From a virus (Duplodnaviria; Caudoviricetes), in IMG/VR virus record IMGVR_UViG_3300025875_000037, positions 1 through 52,886 of that record: a DNA stretch of 52,886 nt; one strand, written 5' to 3'. Below, piece by piece: positions 8,459 to 17,386 of this stretch (positions are counted from its first letter, which is position 1; every line of letters starts with the position of its first letter). Under the pieces are notes generated by a model. That model saw only the letters and a program-made list of their open reading frames with translations, was not told where the DNA came from and searched no databases. The translations under genes and the position numbers were made by a program.

Positions 8459-9483
8459 CGCTCCACATCGTCGCCGTAGACGGGCTGTCCACGACCGCGC
8501 AGGACATCCGACTGGCACTCGGGGCGCTGCTCGTTCCCCGCCTCGACATCGGCGCCCGCACAGGCGTCCTGTACGGGCTGACCGTCACCGCCCTGCCGAC
8601 ACCCGGCTGGAAGGTCCGTGTGGCCGTAGGCGCCGCTGTGGTGCGCGCTGCGACGGCTGCCGGCGGCGCCCCCATCATGGTCAACGACGACGTCTACACG
8701 GCCGACGTGGACCCCAGTACGTCACAGCCCCGCCGCGACCTGGTGGTCATGCGCTGGTACAGCGAGACGACCGCGCTGGAGAGCCGCGGGGTCCGCATCG
8801 AGGTCGTCAAAGGCACGCCCGCCGCCAGCGACCCTGCCGCGCCAGCGGTCCCGTCCAACGCGATCGTGCTGGCCGAACTGACGATCGGTGCGAACGCCGC
8901 CAGCGTCGGCACGAACGCGATCGTCCCGCGCCGTCAGTTCACGTCCGCCCTCGGCGGCATCACCCCGTCCCTGTCCGCCGGGGACGTGGACGGCATCTAC
9001 GTTGGACAGTACCGCGACCGGACCGACACGGGCGAGCAGGAGCGGTGGAACGGCTCGTCCTGGCAGGTGACTGCCAGCCCGAACTGGCAGGCGTATACGC
9101 CGACGTGGACCGCCGACACGAACAACGTGTCGCGGCAGAACGGGACGCTGACTGGCCGGTACAACCGGGTCGGGCGGACTTGTCACGTCCGCATCGAGCT
9201 GGTGGCAGGGTCGCAGACCAGGTTCGGCACGGGCGGCTACCGTTGGGCGCTGCCGTTCCCGGCTGCCAGCGGCGGCGGCAGGCAGATCATGCAGGCGCTG
9301 CTCCAGTCCGGCTCCTACTACAACGTCGGGGCAGCGTTCGTCGGGTCGGGCGACGACACCGCGCAGGCGCTGTTCCCGTCCGGCAACGCGAATGACGCGG
9401 ACGTGGCGAGCAGCACCGTCCCGATCCCGTGGGTGGCGGGCATGCGGCTGGTCATCCAAGGGACCTACGAGACGGCGCAGTAG
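8455..9483 (+). CDS. minor tail protein
   Basis: 'PRRDLVV...EVVKGTPAASDPAAPAVP'; C-terminal 'WQAYTPTW...GRYNRVGRTC' fibre-tip-like domain. Confidence 0.75.
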   Translation: MTLHIVAVDGLSTTAQDIRLALGALLVPRLDIGARTGVLYGLTVTALPTPGWKVRVAVGAAVVRAATAAGGAPIMVNDDVYTADVDPSTSQPRRDLVVMRWYSETTALESRGVRIEVVKGTPAASDPAAPAVPSNAIVLAELTIGANAASVGTNAIVPRRQFTSALGGITPSLSAGDVDGIYVGQYRDRTDTGEQERWNGSSWQVTASPNWQAYTPTWTADTNNVSRQNGTLTGRYNRVGRTCHVRIELVAGSQTRFGTGGYRWALPFPAASGGGRQIMQALLQSGSYYNVGAAFVGSGDDTAQALFPSGNANDADVASSTVPIPWVAGMRLVIQGTYETAQ

Positions 9484-9665
9484 TGAGCGCGTTCCGTCGC
9501 GGAGCGGTGCTGGGCATGTACCAGGCGCACGCACTCGCGGGAAGTGTGGGTGCGACGGTCATGTTCGCATCAGGTCGAGAGGGTCCCGCCCTGATACTGG
9601 GAGTGGGGGCGGCGATCGGCTGGGCAGGATGGAAGCGGGACTACGGGTTCGCGTGGTCACCGTGA
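9483..9665 (+). CDS. small membrane protein
   Basis: hydrophobic 60 aa, overlap-coupled at both ends. Confidence 0.5.
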   Translation: MSAFRRGAVLGMYQAHALAGSVGATVMFASGREGPALILGVGAAIGWAGWKRDYGFAWSP

Positions 9666-10948
9666 GCCGCTACTCCTACCTGACCACGGACCTGCTCACA
9701 GACCGTGACGTAGCGGAGATCCCGTTTCAGTCCGAGGTCATGGACCAGACGATGAACGGCTACGGCGAATGCCGGGGGTCGGTCGACCTGCGCGACGACG
9801 CGCTCAAGGGCATTGACGTGAAGGCGGCACTCACCCCTGACAGCGGCAGGCTCCGGGCACTGTACGTCCTACGGGACGACGTGATCGTGTGGGGCGGCAT
9901 CATCTGGCGGGCCACCCGCACGCAGTCCAGTCGGCGCGTGCAGGTACAGGCGTACGAGGTCGGATCCTACTTCGACAGGCGCCTCGTGACTGAGGACGTG
10001 CACGGGCCGCTCGGCAGGCTCGCCGCCGCCCGCCTGCTCATCTCGACCATGCAGGCGGAGCCGAACGGCAGCCTGCGCATCCGACCGACCGACACCGACA
10101 GCGACGGATCAGAGATCCACTACAAGCTGTGGCGGGCGGACCTCCTCACCGTCGGGGAGGCGCTCGCGCAGATCGCCGAGAACGGGGAGGACCCGTTCGA
10201 CTGGCGGATCGACACGCAGGGCGACAGTGACAACCGGGCGCGTTACCTGCGGCTGGGGCGTCCGCTGCTCGGCCGGTCCGCCGCGCAGTCCCGGCTGGTG
10301 TTCGAGTCCCCCGGCAACATCACCGAGTGGACGGACGACCTGGACGCCTGGTCGGACTCCGCGACGCAGCGGTGGGAGGTCGGGGCGGAGATGACCCCCG
10401 ACGATGAGGACGACACCGACGACCCGCTGATCGTCCGGGTGACAGATGACGCCGCGCTCGACGCGGGCGCGCCGCTCGTGCAGACCGCCGGGACCGACTG
10501 GTCCGAGGAGGACAACCGGGAGGCACTGCGGCTGCGGGCCCGTGACTACCAGGCGCAGCGCGGGTTCCCCGTCGAGACGTTCGAGGTCGAGGTGACCGGC
10601 GACGACCCGGAGATCGGGTCCTACCTGCCGGGTGACGAGGCTCGGTTCATCGTTCGCGACGACTGGCACAAGCCGCTGAGCAACGGGGAGGCGTCGTTCG
10701 ACCGGGTGCTCCGCATCTACGCCATGTCGATCACTCCGGACACCGATCGGGTGCAGCTCACGGTCGGGGAGGGGACGCGCCGGCAGATCGTCAGGCGACG
10801 GGACAAGCTGAACCGGCGGCTGGCCGAGTTGGAGCGCCGCGACCGGATACGGGCGCGTGAGTTGCGGCGGGCGAAGAAGGCCGCTGCTGCGGCGAAGGCG
10901 GCAGCGGACAAACTGGCGAAGGCAGCCGAAGGCAAGAGCGGCGCGTAG
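9662..10948 (+). CDS. minor tail protein (baseplate hub / Tal-like)
   Basis: 'ALYVLRDDVIVWGGIIW', 'VFESPGNITEW'; position in the tail module. Confidence 0.75.
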   Translation: MSRYSYLTTDLLTDRDVAEIPFQSEVMDQTMNGYGECRGSVDLRDDALKGIDVKAALTPDSGRLRALYVLRDDVIVWGGIIWRATRTQSSRRVQVQAYEVGSYFDRRLVTEDVHGPLGRLAAARLLISTMQAEPNGSLRIRPTDTDSDGSEIHYKLWRADLLTVGEALAQIAENGEDPFDWRIDTQGDSDNRARYLRLGRPLLGRSAAQSRLVFESPGNITEWTDDLDAWSDSATQRWEVGAEMTPDDEDDTDDPLIVRVTDDAALDAGAPLVQTAGTDWSEEDNREALRLRARDYQAQRGFPVETFEVEVTGDDPEIGSYLPGDEARFIVRDDWHKPLSNGEASFDRVLRIYAMSITPDTDRVQLTVGEGTRRQIVRRRDKLNRRLAELERRDRIRARELRRAKKAAAAAKAAADKLAKAAEGKSGA

Positions 10949-10979
10949 GCTCATCCGCACCGGCTTCGAGGAGGACCCG

Positions 10980-11141
10980 ATGTTGCGCTTCCTGCGCCCA
11001 CTGGACGAGCCCGGCGAGCTGACCCCCCGTCTCGGTGACTGGGCGCTCGGTCTCGCACTCGCCCCGCTGGTCAGCGCGGTCATGCTCGCCCCGGTCGTGC
11101 TCGTGGACTGGTGGCGGCGGATGCACCGGGTGAGCGTGTGA
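10980..11141 (+). CDS. small membrane protein
   Basis: GAGGAGG RBS; one hydrophobic helix; overlaps the endolysin start. Confidence 0.5.
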   Translation: MLRFLRPLDEPGELTPRLGDWALGLALAPLVSAVMLAPVVLVDWWRRMHRVSV

Positions 11142-12106
11142 GCGCGCAGTCCCTCGGCTGGGGCGGGCCCGGCGGCCTCGGCCCCGACGATCTAGTCATG
11201 CTCGACTGCCCCGGCCTGCCGCTGCACCTGCGGCGCGAGGCATCCAGCGTGTTCTCCGAACTGATCCGCTGGCTGCGGGTGCAGCGCAAGGCGGACCGCG
11301 TGCCTGACCTGGCTTCCGCGGGCGGCTACAACCCGCGCTACATCTCCGGAACGACGACGTGGAGCAACCACGCATGGGCGCTCGCCGCTGACTTCAACCC
11401 GGGCGCGAACCCGTACGCCTGGGGCGGTGCCGACGATATGCCCGCTGGCAGCGCCGGTAAGGCCGAGTCCCTCGGAATGCGATGGGGTGGAACGTACAGC
11501 GGGAAGCGCGATGCGATGCACTTCGAGGTTGTCGTGTCACCCGCACGGCTGGCCGAGCTGTCCAAGTCGCTCCGGTTCGAGCTGGGCGTACGAGACCTGC
11601 GTGTCGGTCTGTTCGGCAGCGACGTGACTGCGCTCCAGGTGCTGCTCGGGGCGCTCCCTGACGGCTGGTACGGCGACGCGACCGCCGCGACAGTCAAGAC
11701 GTATCAGACGACGCACGGCCTCACCGCAGACGGCGTGGTGGGCCCCGCGACCCTCGCCGCTGCACGGGGCGGTACGGCAGCACCGCCCGCCCCTGTCGAG
11801 ATCGTCCGCAAGTCCCCCCGGTACGACTTCATCCCGTACCCGTGGCCCTACCCGAAGGGCGACTACCTCGGCTTGGAGTCCAACGACGCGGCCTGTCACA
11901 GTGGCGCGCTCGCGGCGGACCGGAAGAACGTGCAGGCGTGGCAGCGGGGCATGAAGGCTCGCGGCTGGAAGATTGCCACTGACGGGGTGTTCGGGCCGCA
12001 GTCCGCTGAGATCGCCGTGACGTTCCAGAAGGAGAAGCGGCTGTTCGTTGACGGGCGCGTTGGCAACGTGACGTGGCACGCCACCGACGTATCCCCGACC
12101 GGATGA
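11138..12106 (+). CDS. endolysin: M15-family Zn peptidase plus two peptidoglycan-binding domains
   Basis: 'SNHAWALAADFN', 'RWGGTY', 'DAMHFE'; PG_binding_1-like 'ADGVVGPAT' and 'VDGRVGNVTW'. Confidence 0.88.
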   Translation: MSAQSLGWGGPGGLGPDDLVMLDCPGLPLHLRREASSVFSELIRWLRVQRKADRVPDLASAGGYNPRYISGTTTWSNHAWALAADFNPGANPYAWGGADDMPAGSAGKAESLGMRWGGTYSGKRDAMHFEVVVSPARLAELSKSLRFELGVRDLRVGLFGSDVTALQVLLGALPDGWYGDATAATVKTYQTTHGLTADGVVGPATLAAARGGTAAPPAPVEIVRKSPRYDFIPYPWPYPKGDYLGLESNDAACHSGALAADRKNVQAWQRGMKARGWKIATDGVFGPQSAEIAVTFQKEKRLFVDGRVGNVTWHATDVSPTG

Positions 12107-12417
12107 GCACCAAGCCTGGCCTGTCGGGCATGAGCGGCGCTGGCCTGCTCGTCGTCGGGACTTTGTGCGCCGCGCTCCTGCTGTCGCTGGTGACGTTGTG
12201 CGCCTTCGTGCTGCTGCGCCCCGGGCAGGATGTCCCGGACGCCCTGACGAACCTGCTGACGGGCCTCGTGCCTGCCGTGTCGGCCCTGCTGGCGAAGACG
12301 TACGCGGACGCCCGCGGGGTAGGCGAGGACGAGCCGGTGAAGGTCACGGCGGACGACTCGTTGCCCGTGCACGTCGAGGACGACGGACAGTGGCGGGAGC
12401 CTCTCGCGCCCCAGTAG
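12103..12417 (+). CDS. putative holin
   Basis: two hydrophobic segments; directly after the endolysin. Confidence 0.65.
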   Translation: MSTKPGLSGMSGAGLLVVGTLCAALLLSLVTLCAFVLLRPGQDVPDALTNLLTGLVPAVSALLAKTYADARGVGEDEPVKVTADDSLPVHVEDDGQWREPLAPQ

Positions 12418-12424
12418 CACATCG

Positions 12425-12474
12425 GCTATGTTCTAGGTACATGACGGGGCGATCGCCCCTACGGGACCTGGAGG
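12425..12474 (+). promoter_or_regulatory. promoter/RBS cassette copy 2
   Basis: gcTATGTTctaggTACA, hairpin GGGGCGATCGCCCC, CCTGGAGG (12467), ATG 12480. Confidence 0.6.
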
Positions 12475-12479
12475 AACCG

Positions 12480-12959
12480 ATGGCAGACACAGCAGAGCGA
12501 GTACCCGCAGTCGAGCGTGCTGCGGAGGAGGAGATGCGCGCCGTACGTCGAGTCCTGGAGGATGAGGCGTTGGCGCTGCGTTTAGGAGGGGCGGCCGTTG
12601 GCGCTGTGGCCGCTTCGCAGGGCGTGTCGATCGCTACCGTCGTGACGCGGATTAAGTCGGCCAGCGAGCGCGCCGCGCACGGCGCCGCCGGCTCCGGTGC
12701 CGTCACCGTCACCCTGCTCGGCCGCTCCAACGGCGACATCGTGACGCACTTCGAGGTCACGGACACCCGCCGCGGACGGAACCGCCGTGACGGACTGCGA
12801 GTGTCCGCGACGCACGGCGGCGGGCGGGTGGTCGAGAACTGGTCGGGGACGCAGTGGCGCGAGATGGTCCGCTGGCAGCCTCGTGACCTGACGGACCCGC
12901 TGGAGCGCTTCAAGGACCAGGCCGCCGTGGAGATGGCCTGGCAGCGGGTGTACGGGTGA
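12480..12959 (+). CDS. hypothetical protein, N-terminus possibly HTH-like
   Basis: first gene after the lysis module; cassette RBS. Confidence 0.6.
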   Translation: MADTAERVPAVERAAEEEMRAVRRVLEDEALALRLGGAAVGAVAASQGVSIATVVTRIKSASERAAHGAAGSGAVTVTLLGRSNGDIVTHFEVTDTRRGRNRRDGLRVSATHGGGRVVENWSGTQWREMVRWQPRDLTDPLERFKDQAAVEMAWQRVYG

Positions 12960-13129
12960 GCGCGGCTGGGCTCATGCGCGCGGCGTTCAGGGGCGCCGCG
13001 TTTGCGCAGATGGCCGAGCTGCTCGCCGTCGCGGAGAGGAGTGCGCCGCGAGCGTTCGGGCTACCGCTGTCAGAGCGGTCGCTGGCCGCGTTCGCGGCTC
13101 GCCCTCGGCCCGAGCGCGGCTATCGATGA
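12956..13129 (+). CDS. hypothetical 57-aa protein
   Basis: read manually; GTGA/ATGA overlaps at both ends. Confidence 0.45.
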   Translation: MSAAGLMRAAFRGAAFAQMAELLAVAERSAPRAFGLPLSERSLAAFAARPRPERGYR

Positions 13130-13299
13130 GCGCCGCCGTCCTCGTTGCCGCGATCTTGCTGGCCCTCGTCGGCGCTCGGTTCCACAACGACCTCGCCCTA
13201 TGGGCAGGACTGACCGTCGCCCTCATGGCAGCGGTCAACAACGCGCTCCTACGGGAGCAGGAGAGGTGGCAGGCGCATGCGGAGGACGAAGCTCCCTGA
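13126..13299 (+). CDS. small membrane protein
   Basis: read manually; two hydrophobic stretches. Confidence 0.5.
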   Translation: MSAAVLVAAILLALVGARFHNDLALWAGLTVALMAAVNNALLREQERWQAHAEDEAP

Positions 13300-13738
13300 G
13301 ATCGTCGGGCACGTCGAGGTCGCCCGGCTCCTCGGGATCGGGCACCAGTCGTCATGGCGGCTGCTCGGGCAGGGTGTGCTGCCGGAGCCTGATTGGCGGC
13401 TGATGAGCGGGCGTGGCAGGCCGCTATGGCTGCTGGACACGATCGAGATGTGGGCGGTACGCGTAGACCGCGAACTGACCACTCGCGGTATATCCGCCGT
13501 GTCCGCAGAGCAGGCCCCGGAGCGTCCCGAGATCGTCGGCATGGCCGAGATCGCCGGCATGGCGGGCGTCCGCAAGGCCACCGTCGAGCAGTGGCGGTCC
13601 CCGCGCGGCATCCTGCCGGAGCCGGACTGGCCTGACGTGGCCGGCGGTCCGATCTGGCTGCGGTCGACGGTGGAGTCGTGGCTGCGCAACACAGGCCGGG
13701 TCGATGTCGGGGGTGACATTCCGGCTGCGACCGGCTAG
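13277..13738 (+). CDS. tandem-duplicated AlpA/excisionase-like HTH DNA-binding protein
   Basis: two internal repeats 'PEIVG..E.A...G...LPEPDW....P.WL..T.E.W'. Confidence 0.75.
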   Translation: MRRTKLPEIVGHVEVARLLGIGHQSSWRLLGQGVLPEPDWRLMSGRGRPLWLLDTIEMWAVRVDRELTTRGISAVSAEQAPERPEIVGMAEIAGMAGVRKATVEQWRSPRGILPEPDWPDVAGGPIWLRSTVESWLRNTGRVDVGGDIPAATG

Positions 13739-13781
13739 GGTGGCGCTACGCCCCGGGGACGCCGGGGCGACACCCTGGAGG
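13713..13781 (+). promoter_or_regulatory. promoter/RBS cassette copy 3
   Basis: GTGACA-N17-TAGGGT-ggcgc-TACG, hairpin, CCTGGAGG (13774), ATG 13787. Confidence 0.7.
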
Positions 13782-13786
13782 GTTGC

Positions 13787-14128
13787 ATGAGCAACAAGAC
13801 CTATGACGTTCCCGAGGTGCTCGCTGCACTTCGCGACGTCGTCGCGGACAAGGGCGCGGACTACATGTACCCGGAGGAGTTGAAGAACCGCAACGGCAAC
13901 TGCGTGTACGTCCGTGACGGGCGGCCTGCGTGCATCGTCGGCCACGTCCTCGCGCGACTGAATTTCAACTTGCTCGGGCAGTCCGTCGTGCGCCGCAACG
14001 GCAGCGCCGGGATGCTGGATGGCGTCACCGGAAGAGCAGCCCAGGCGCTCCGTCAGGCGCAACGCACCCAGGATTCGGGCGACTCGTGGGGGCTCGCCCT
14101 CGCCGCTGCTGAGGAGGTCACCCGATGA
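13787..14128 (+). CDS. hypothetical protein
   Basis: ORF with cassette RBS; 'CVYVRDGRPACIVGHVL'. Confidence 0.65.
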   Translation: MSNKTYDVPEVLAALRDVVADKGADYMYPEELKNRNGNCVYVRDGRPACIVGHVLARLNFNLLGQSVVRRNGSAGMLDGVTGRAAQALRQAQRTQDSGDSWGLALAAAEEVTR

Positions 14129-15243
14129 CCGCCCCCACTTGGCCCGCCCCGATGTCCAGCAAGGGCGTCGATGTCCGCCGCGAGGGCGTGGACGGCTCCC
14201 GCTACTACGCCGACCCGACCACCGCCAAGCTCCTCGCGTCCGTGACCACCGTCATCGGCGCCACCACGTCAATGCCGTGGCTGACCCCGTGGGCGGCGAA
14301 GCTCGCGGCCGAGGCCGCCGTCGAGCACTACGCGATGGTCGGCGAGCTCATCAAGATCGGACCGGATGGCGCGGTCGACTGGATCAAGGGCGAGGCGAAG
14401 CGACGCCGCGAGAAGGCGTCCGAGACCGGCACGTGGCTCCACGACGTCGTGGAGGCCCTCGCGCTCGACGCGAGCCTGCCCGACATGCCCGACGAGGTGG
14501 AGCCGTTCGCCGAGGCGTTCGTGGACTGGTGCATCGAGTGGGAGCCCGAGTTCCTGATGTCGGAGTGCGCGGTCGCCAACCCCGCCCGCGGCTACGCCGG
14601 CACCCTCGATCTCGTGGTCCGGTTCCCGAAGTGGGCCGACAGCCCCGAACTCGGCGGAACGTGGTGCCTGGACGTCAAGAGCGGCGCCAACCTGTCAGCG
14701 TACATGCCGGTGCAACTGGAGGCCTACCGGCGGGCCACCGAGGTCTGGCTCCCGCAGGGACGCAAGGCAGCGATGCCCGCCGTCGACCGGATCGGGGTGC
14801 TGCACGTCCGGCCGGGCGGCGCGAAGCTCCTCGACGTCACCGAGCAGGGCGGCGACGCCGCGCACCACACGTTCCTGCGGATGCTGGAACTGCTCGACTG
14901 GAAGGACAGCCAGGGCGGCCGGATGGGCCGGGCGATCTACCTGCCGGACGAGCACGGGCAGCAGCCCCCGCCGCTGCTGGAGGACATCGACGGCGTGCCA
15001 GCGAAGGCGGCGCTGGCAGCGGCAGGGGTGTTCCGGCTCGACCAGCTCGCGGACCTCGGTGCGGACGCGCTGGCTGCGATCAAGGGCGTAGGTCCGGGTG
15101 CGGTGCTCGACGTGGAGACGTTGCTCAAGGAGCACGGACTGAACATGGACGGGTTGGCCGAGGCGTGCCAGGCCATCCGAGACAAGCAGGCGAAGGCGCT
15201 GGAGCGCAAGCAGGCCAAGGTAGCAAAAGAGGCAGGGGCATGA
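14125..15243 (+). CDS. PD-(D/E)XK (Cas4/RecE-like) exonuclease with a C-terminal HhH domain
   Basis: 'SVTTVI', 'GTWLH', 'GYAGTLDL...LDVKSG...QLEAY'; HhH 'LAAIKGVGPG'. Confidence 0.8.
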   Translation: MTAPTWPAPMSSKGVDVRREGVDGSRYYADPTTAKLLASVTTVIGATTSMPWLTPWAAKLAAEAAVEHYAMVGELIKIGPDGAVDWIKGEAKRRREKASETGTWLHDVVEALALDASLPDMPDEVEPFAEAFVDWCIEWEPEFLMSECAVANPARGYAGTLDLVVRFPKWADSPELGGTWCLDVKSGANLSAYMPVQLEAYRRATEVWLPQGRKAAMPAVDRIGVLHVRPGGAKLLDVTEQGGDAAHHTFLRMLELLDWKDSQGGRMGRAIYLPDEHGQQPPPLLEDIDGVPAKAALAAAGVFRLDQLADLGADALAAIKGVGPGAVLDVETLLKEHGLNMDGLAEACQAIRDKQAKALERKQAKVAKEAGA

Positions 15244-15500
15244 GGATCGAGCGGGCCGGATTGGTCCTGGACAACTCGTTCGACCACGACGACGAGTTGT
15301 CTGTCGTGTTCGATCACTGGGACGCCTTCGAGTACCTGGAGCGGAACGAGGTGCGGACCTTGCGTGACCACCTCAGCCGCGTGCTCGGCGACCAGGAGGT
15401 CCGCACGCCGAACGGCGAGGGCGAGCCGGTGACGTGGTTCGTGCCGCAAGCGGCGATGCGGGCGTTCGGGCAGAGCGTGGCCGAGGGCGGCCAGCCGTGA
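15240..15500 (+). CDS. hypothetical protein
   Basis: overlap-coupled ORF. Confidence 0.55.
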   Translation: MRIERAGLVLDNSFDHDDELSVVFDHWDAFEYLERNEVRTLRDHLSRVLGDQEVRTPNGEGEPVTWFVPQAAMRAFGQSVAEGGQP

Positions 15501-15796
15501 ACCCCCGCGAGTACCCGGACGGCAGGCCGACCGACCCGGACCCAAACACGTGGTGGCAGTCGTGTCCAGTGGACGGATGCGCGACCGCATGGGACGTTAC
15601 GCCGCCCACCGTGGACTCCACCGCGCTGGCGTCGGTGTTCGGCCTCGGCGTCATGAGTGCCTCAGCTACCTACCTGCACGCGAGTGCCGTCGAGGATGCG
15701 CTGGACCGGCACCTGCGAACGCATGCAGTCGTGGAGTGGGCGCGCACCGTGTTTCGACTCCAGCGCGAACTGGCAGACGCCAGGGGCGAGTTGTGA
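15497..15796 (+). CDS. hypothetical protein, possible Zn finger
   Basis: CPVDGC and HLRTH motifs. Confidence 0.55.
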   Translation: MNPREYPDGRPTDPDPNTWWQSCPVDGCATAWDVTPPTVDSTALASVFGLGVMSASATYLHASAVEDALDRHLRTHAVVEWARTVFRLQRELADARGEL

Positions 15797-16764
15797 GCCC
15801 CCCGCTGTTGGATCGACAGCGGCAAGCGGTGGTGCTCGGGGCCATTCGCATCGGCACTCAGGTGCGCGGCAACAACGGCAAGATGCGACCGGAGAAGCTG
15901 AGCACTTTCAGGCTCACGTCGCCGGATGCGGCCAAGATCGAGGCAGCGGCGGCGCTGTACGGCGGCGAGGTCCGCCCGTGGAAGCCGTCCGAGAACGCCG
16001 GCCAGCAGTGGGAGGTCATCACGACCGTGGACCGCATGGCCGTCCGCGTGCCGCCCGGCGAGCCGGTCGAGCAGGACTACACCCTCTACGGTGGGCGCCC
16101 GGTCGTCCGTCAGCGGCTTTGTGACGGCTTTACCGAGCGCATGCGTGGCGGGACCTGCCAGTGCCCGCCGGACCTCATGGACCGCAAGCGTCTCGCGGCC
16201 GAGGGGCAGGCGTGCAAGCCGACGACGCACCTGTCCCTGATCCTGGCGGACCTGCCGGGTCTGGGGGTCTGGCGGCTCACGTCGCGGGGCGACGCAGCGG
16301 CCGACGAGTTGGCAGCGACGGCCGAGCTGTTGCGCCGGTCGGAGGTCGTCGGGGTGATGCTGCCGGCGACGCTCGTGCTGGAGCAGCGGCAGTCCACCGG
16401 CTCGGGTGAGGTGCACAAGTTCGCGGTCCCGCGGCTGGACGTAGGCGAGACGCTGGCGGCGCTGGAGGCCGGGACGTACCAGCGGGCAGGCATCGCGGCG
16501 GGCCGTGAGCAGGTCGCGCTGCCGCCCTCGCCGCCCGTGGAGCCTGTCGAGCCGCTGCCCCCCCCTGTCGGTGCGGTCGCGGACCCGGCCGCCCTGTCGG
16601 CCCTGGCAGGACAGGCTGCGACGCCGGACGAGGTGAAGGCACTCCGGGCCGAGGCGAAGCGCCGCGACTGGCTGGGGGAGCACGTGCCCGGGTCGGATGA
16701 CGTGTGGGAGCCGCTGGAGAACGTGCTGTACGAGCGGTACTGCGCGCTGGGAGGACGGCCGTGA
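15793..16764 (+). CDS. Gp3-like / recombination directionality factor-like protein
   Basis: 'LGAIRIG...RPEKLSTFRLTS', 'CKPTTHLSL...LPGLGVWRL'; near the exonuclease. Confidence 0.7.
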   Translation: MSPPLLDRQRQAVVLGAIRIGTQVRGNNGKMRPEKLSTFRLTSPDAAKIEAAAALYGGEVRPWKPSENAGQQWEVITTVDRMAVRVPPGEPVEQDYTLYGGRPVVRQRLCDGFTERMRGGTCQCPPDLMDRKRLAAEGQACKPTTHLSLILADLPGLGVWRLTSRGDAAADELAATAELLRRSEVVGVMLPATLVLEQRQSTGSGEVHKFAVPRLDVGETLAALEAGTYQRAGIAAGREQVALPPSPPVEPVEPLPPPVGAVADPAALSALAGQAATPDEVKALRAEAKRRDWLGEHVPGSDDVWEPLENVLYERYCALGGRP

Positions 16765-17039
16765 GCGCGGACGCCAGTGGCCCTTTTCGCGCGTTCACCG
16801 TGATCGTGCGAGAGGTCGTAGAGCACCGGATCACGGTCGACCCCGACCAGTCGCAGTGGTCTTGGTTGGGCCCGGAGGATGACTGGCTGTCGGATCTCGA
16901 CACGGTGGCTGGCGAGACGGAGGGACCCGTCGAGATTGCGGTCCGCGCCGACCCCACCTCGACCGTGATCGGCGCATGGCGTGAGGTCATCGAGGACGAC
17001 GACCCCCCGGCTGCTAGCGTCCGCCCCGAGTCGCCGTGA
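16761..17039 (+). CDS. hypothetical protein
   Basis: overlap-coupled ORF. Confidence 0.55.
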   Translation: MSADASGPFRAFTVIVREVVEHRITVDPDQSQWSWLGPEDDWLSDLDTVAGETEGPVEIAVRADPTSTVIGAWREVIEDDDPPAASVRPESP

Positions 17040-17152
17040 GGTTCCTGTCTCTGATCGTCCGCCGGGACCTGTACAAGCGGTGGAACGCCGACGTGCGGCG
17101 GGCCCGTGAGGAGTACGCCAGGCACCCGTTCGCGGACATGAGACTGCGATGA
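17036..17152 (+). CDS. hypothetical 38-aa protein
   Basis: read manually; overlaps at both ends. Confidence 0.4.
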   Translation: MRFLSLIVRRDLYKRWNADVRRAREEYARHPFADMRLR

Positions 17153-17313
17153 CCGGCCGGCTGACGGTCCGGCAGCGGGAGGAGCTGGTCCGGTCGTTGA
17201 CGGTCGCCGGCTTGTCGGCCCGCCTGCTCGCCGGGCAGGTCGGGGTGACGGAGCGGACGGTCTGCCGCATCCGTAGGCGACTGAGGGAGACAGGCGGGTT
17301 GCCGTCGCGCTAG
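17149..17313 (+). CDS. small HTH protein
   Basis: read manually: 'GLSARLLAGQVGVTERTVCRIRRRL'. Confidence 0.6.
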   Translation: MTGRLTVRQREELVRSLTVAGLSARLLAGQVGVTERTVCRIRRRLRETGGLPSR

Positions 17314-17321
17314 ACTGGTGT

Positions 17322-17386
17322 CGGTCCCTCCAGGCCGCCCCTCGCAGCCCCGTCAGACGCCAACGCGTCGGCGGGGCTGCGTCGTT
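17322..17386 (+). ncRNA. candidate sRNA antisense to the CCTGGAGG RBS
   Basis: TAGACT -10 at 17311; GTCCCTCCAGG at 17324-17334; terminator hairpin immediately after. Confidence 0.4.
17343..17386 (+). terminator. intrinsic terminator-like hairpin
   Basis: CGCAGCCCCG...CGGGGCTGCG with inner GACGC/GCGTC stem. Confidence 0.65.

Noticed and set aside
14125-15243. Cas4-like nuclease as CRISPR evidence
   Set aside because: Stand-alone phage PD-(D/E)XK exonuclease with no array or other cas genes.
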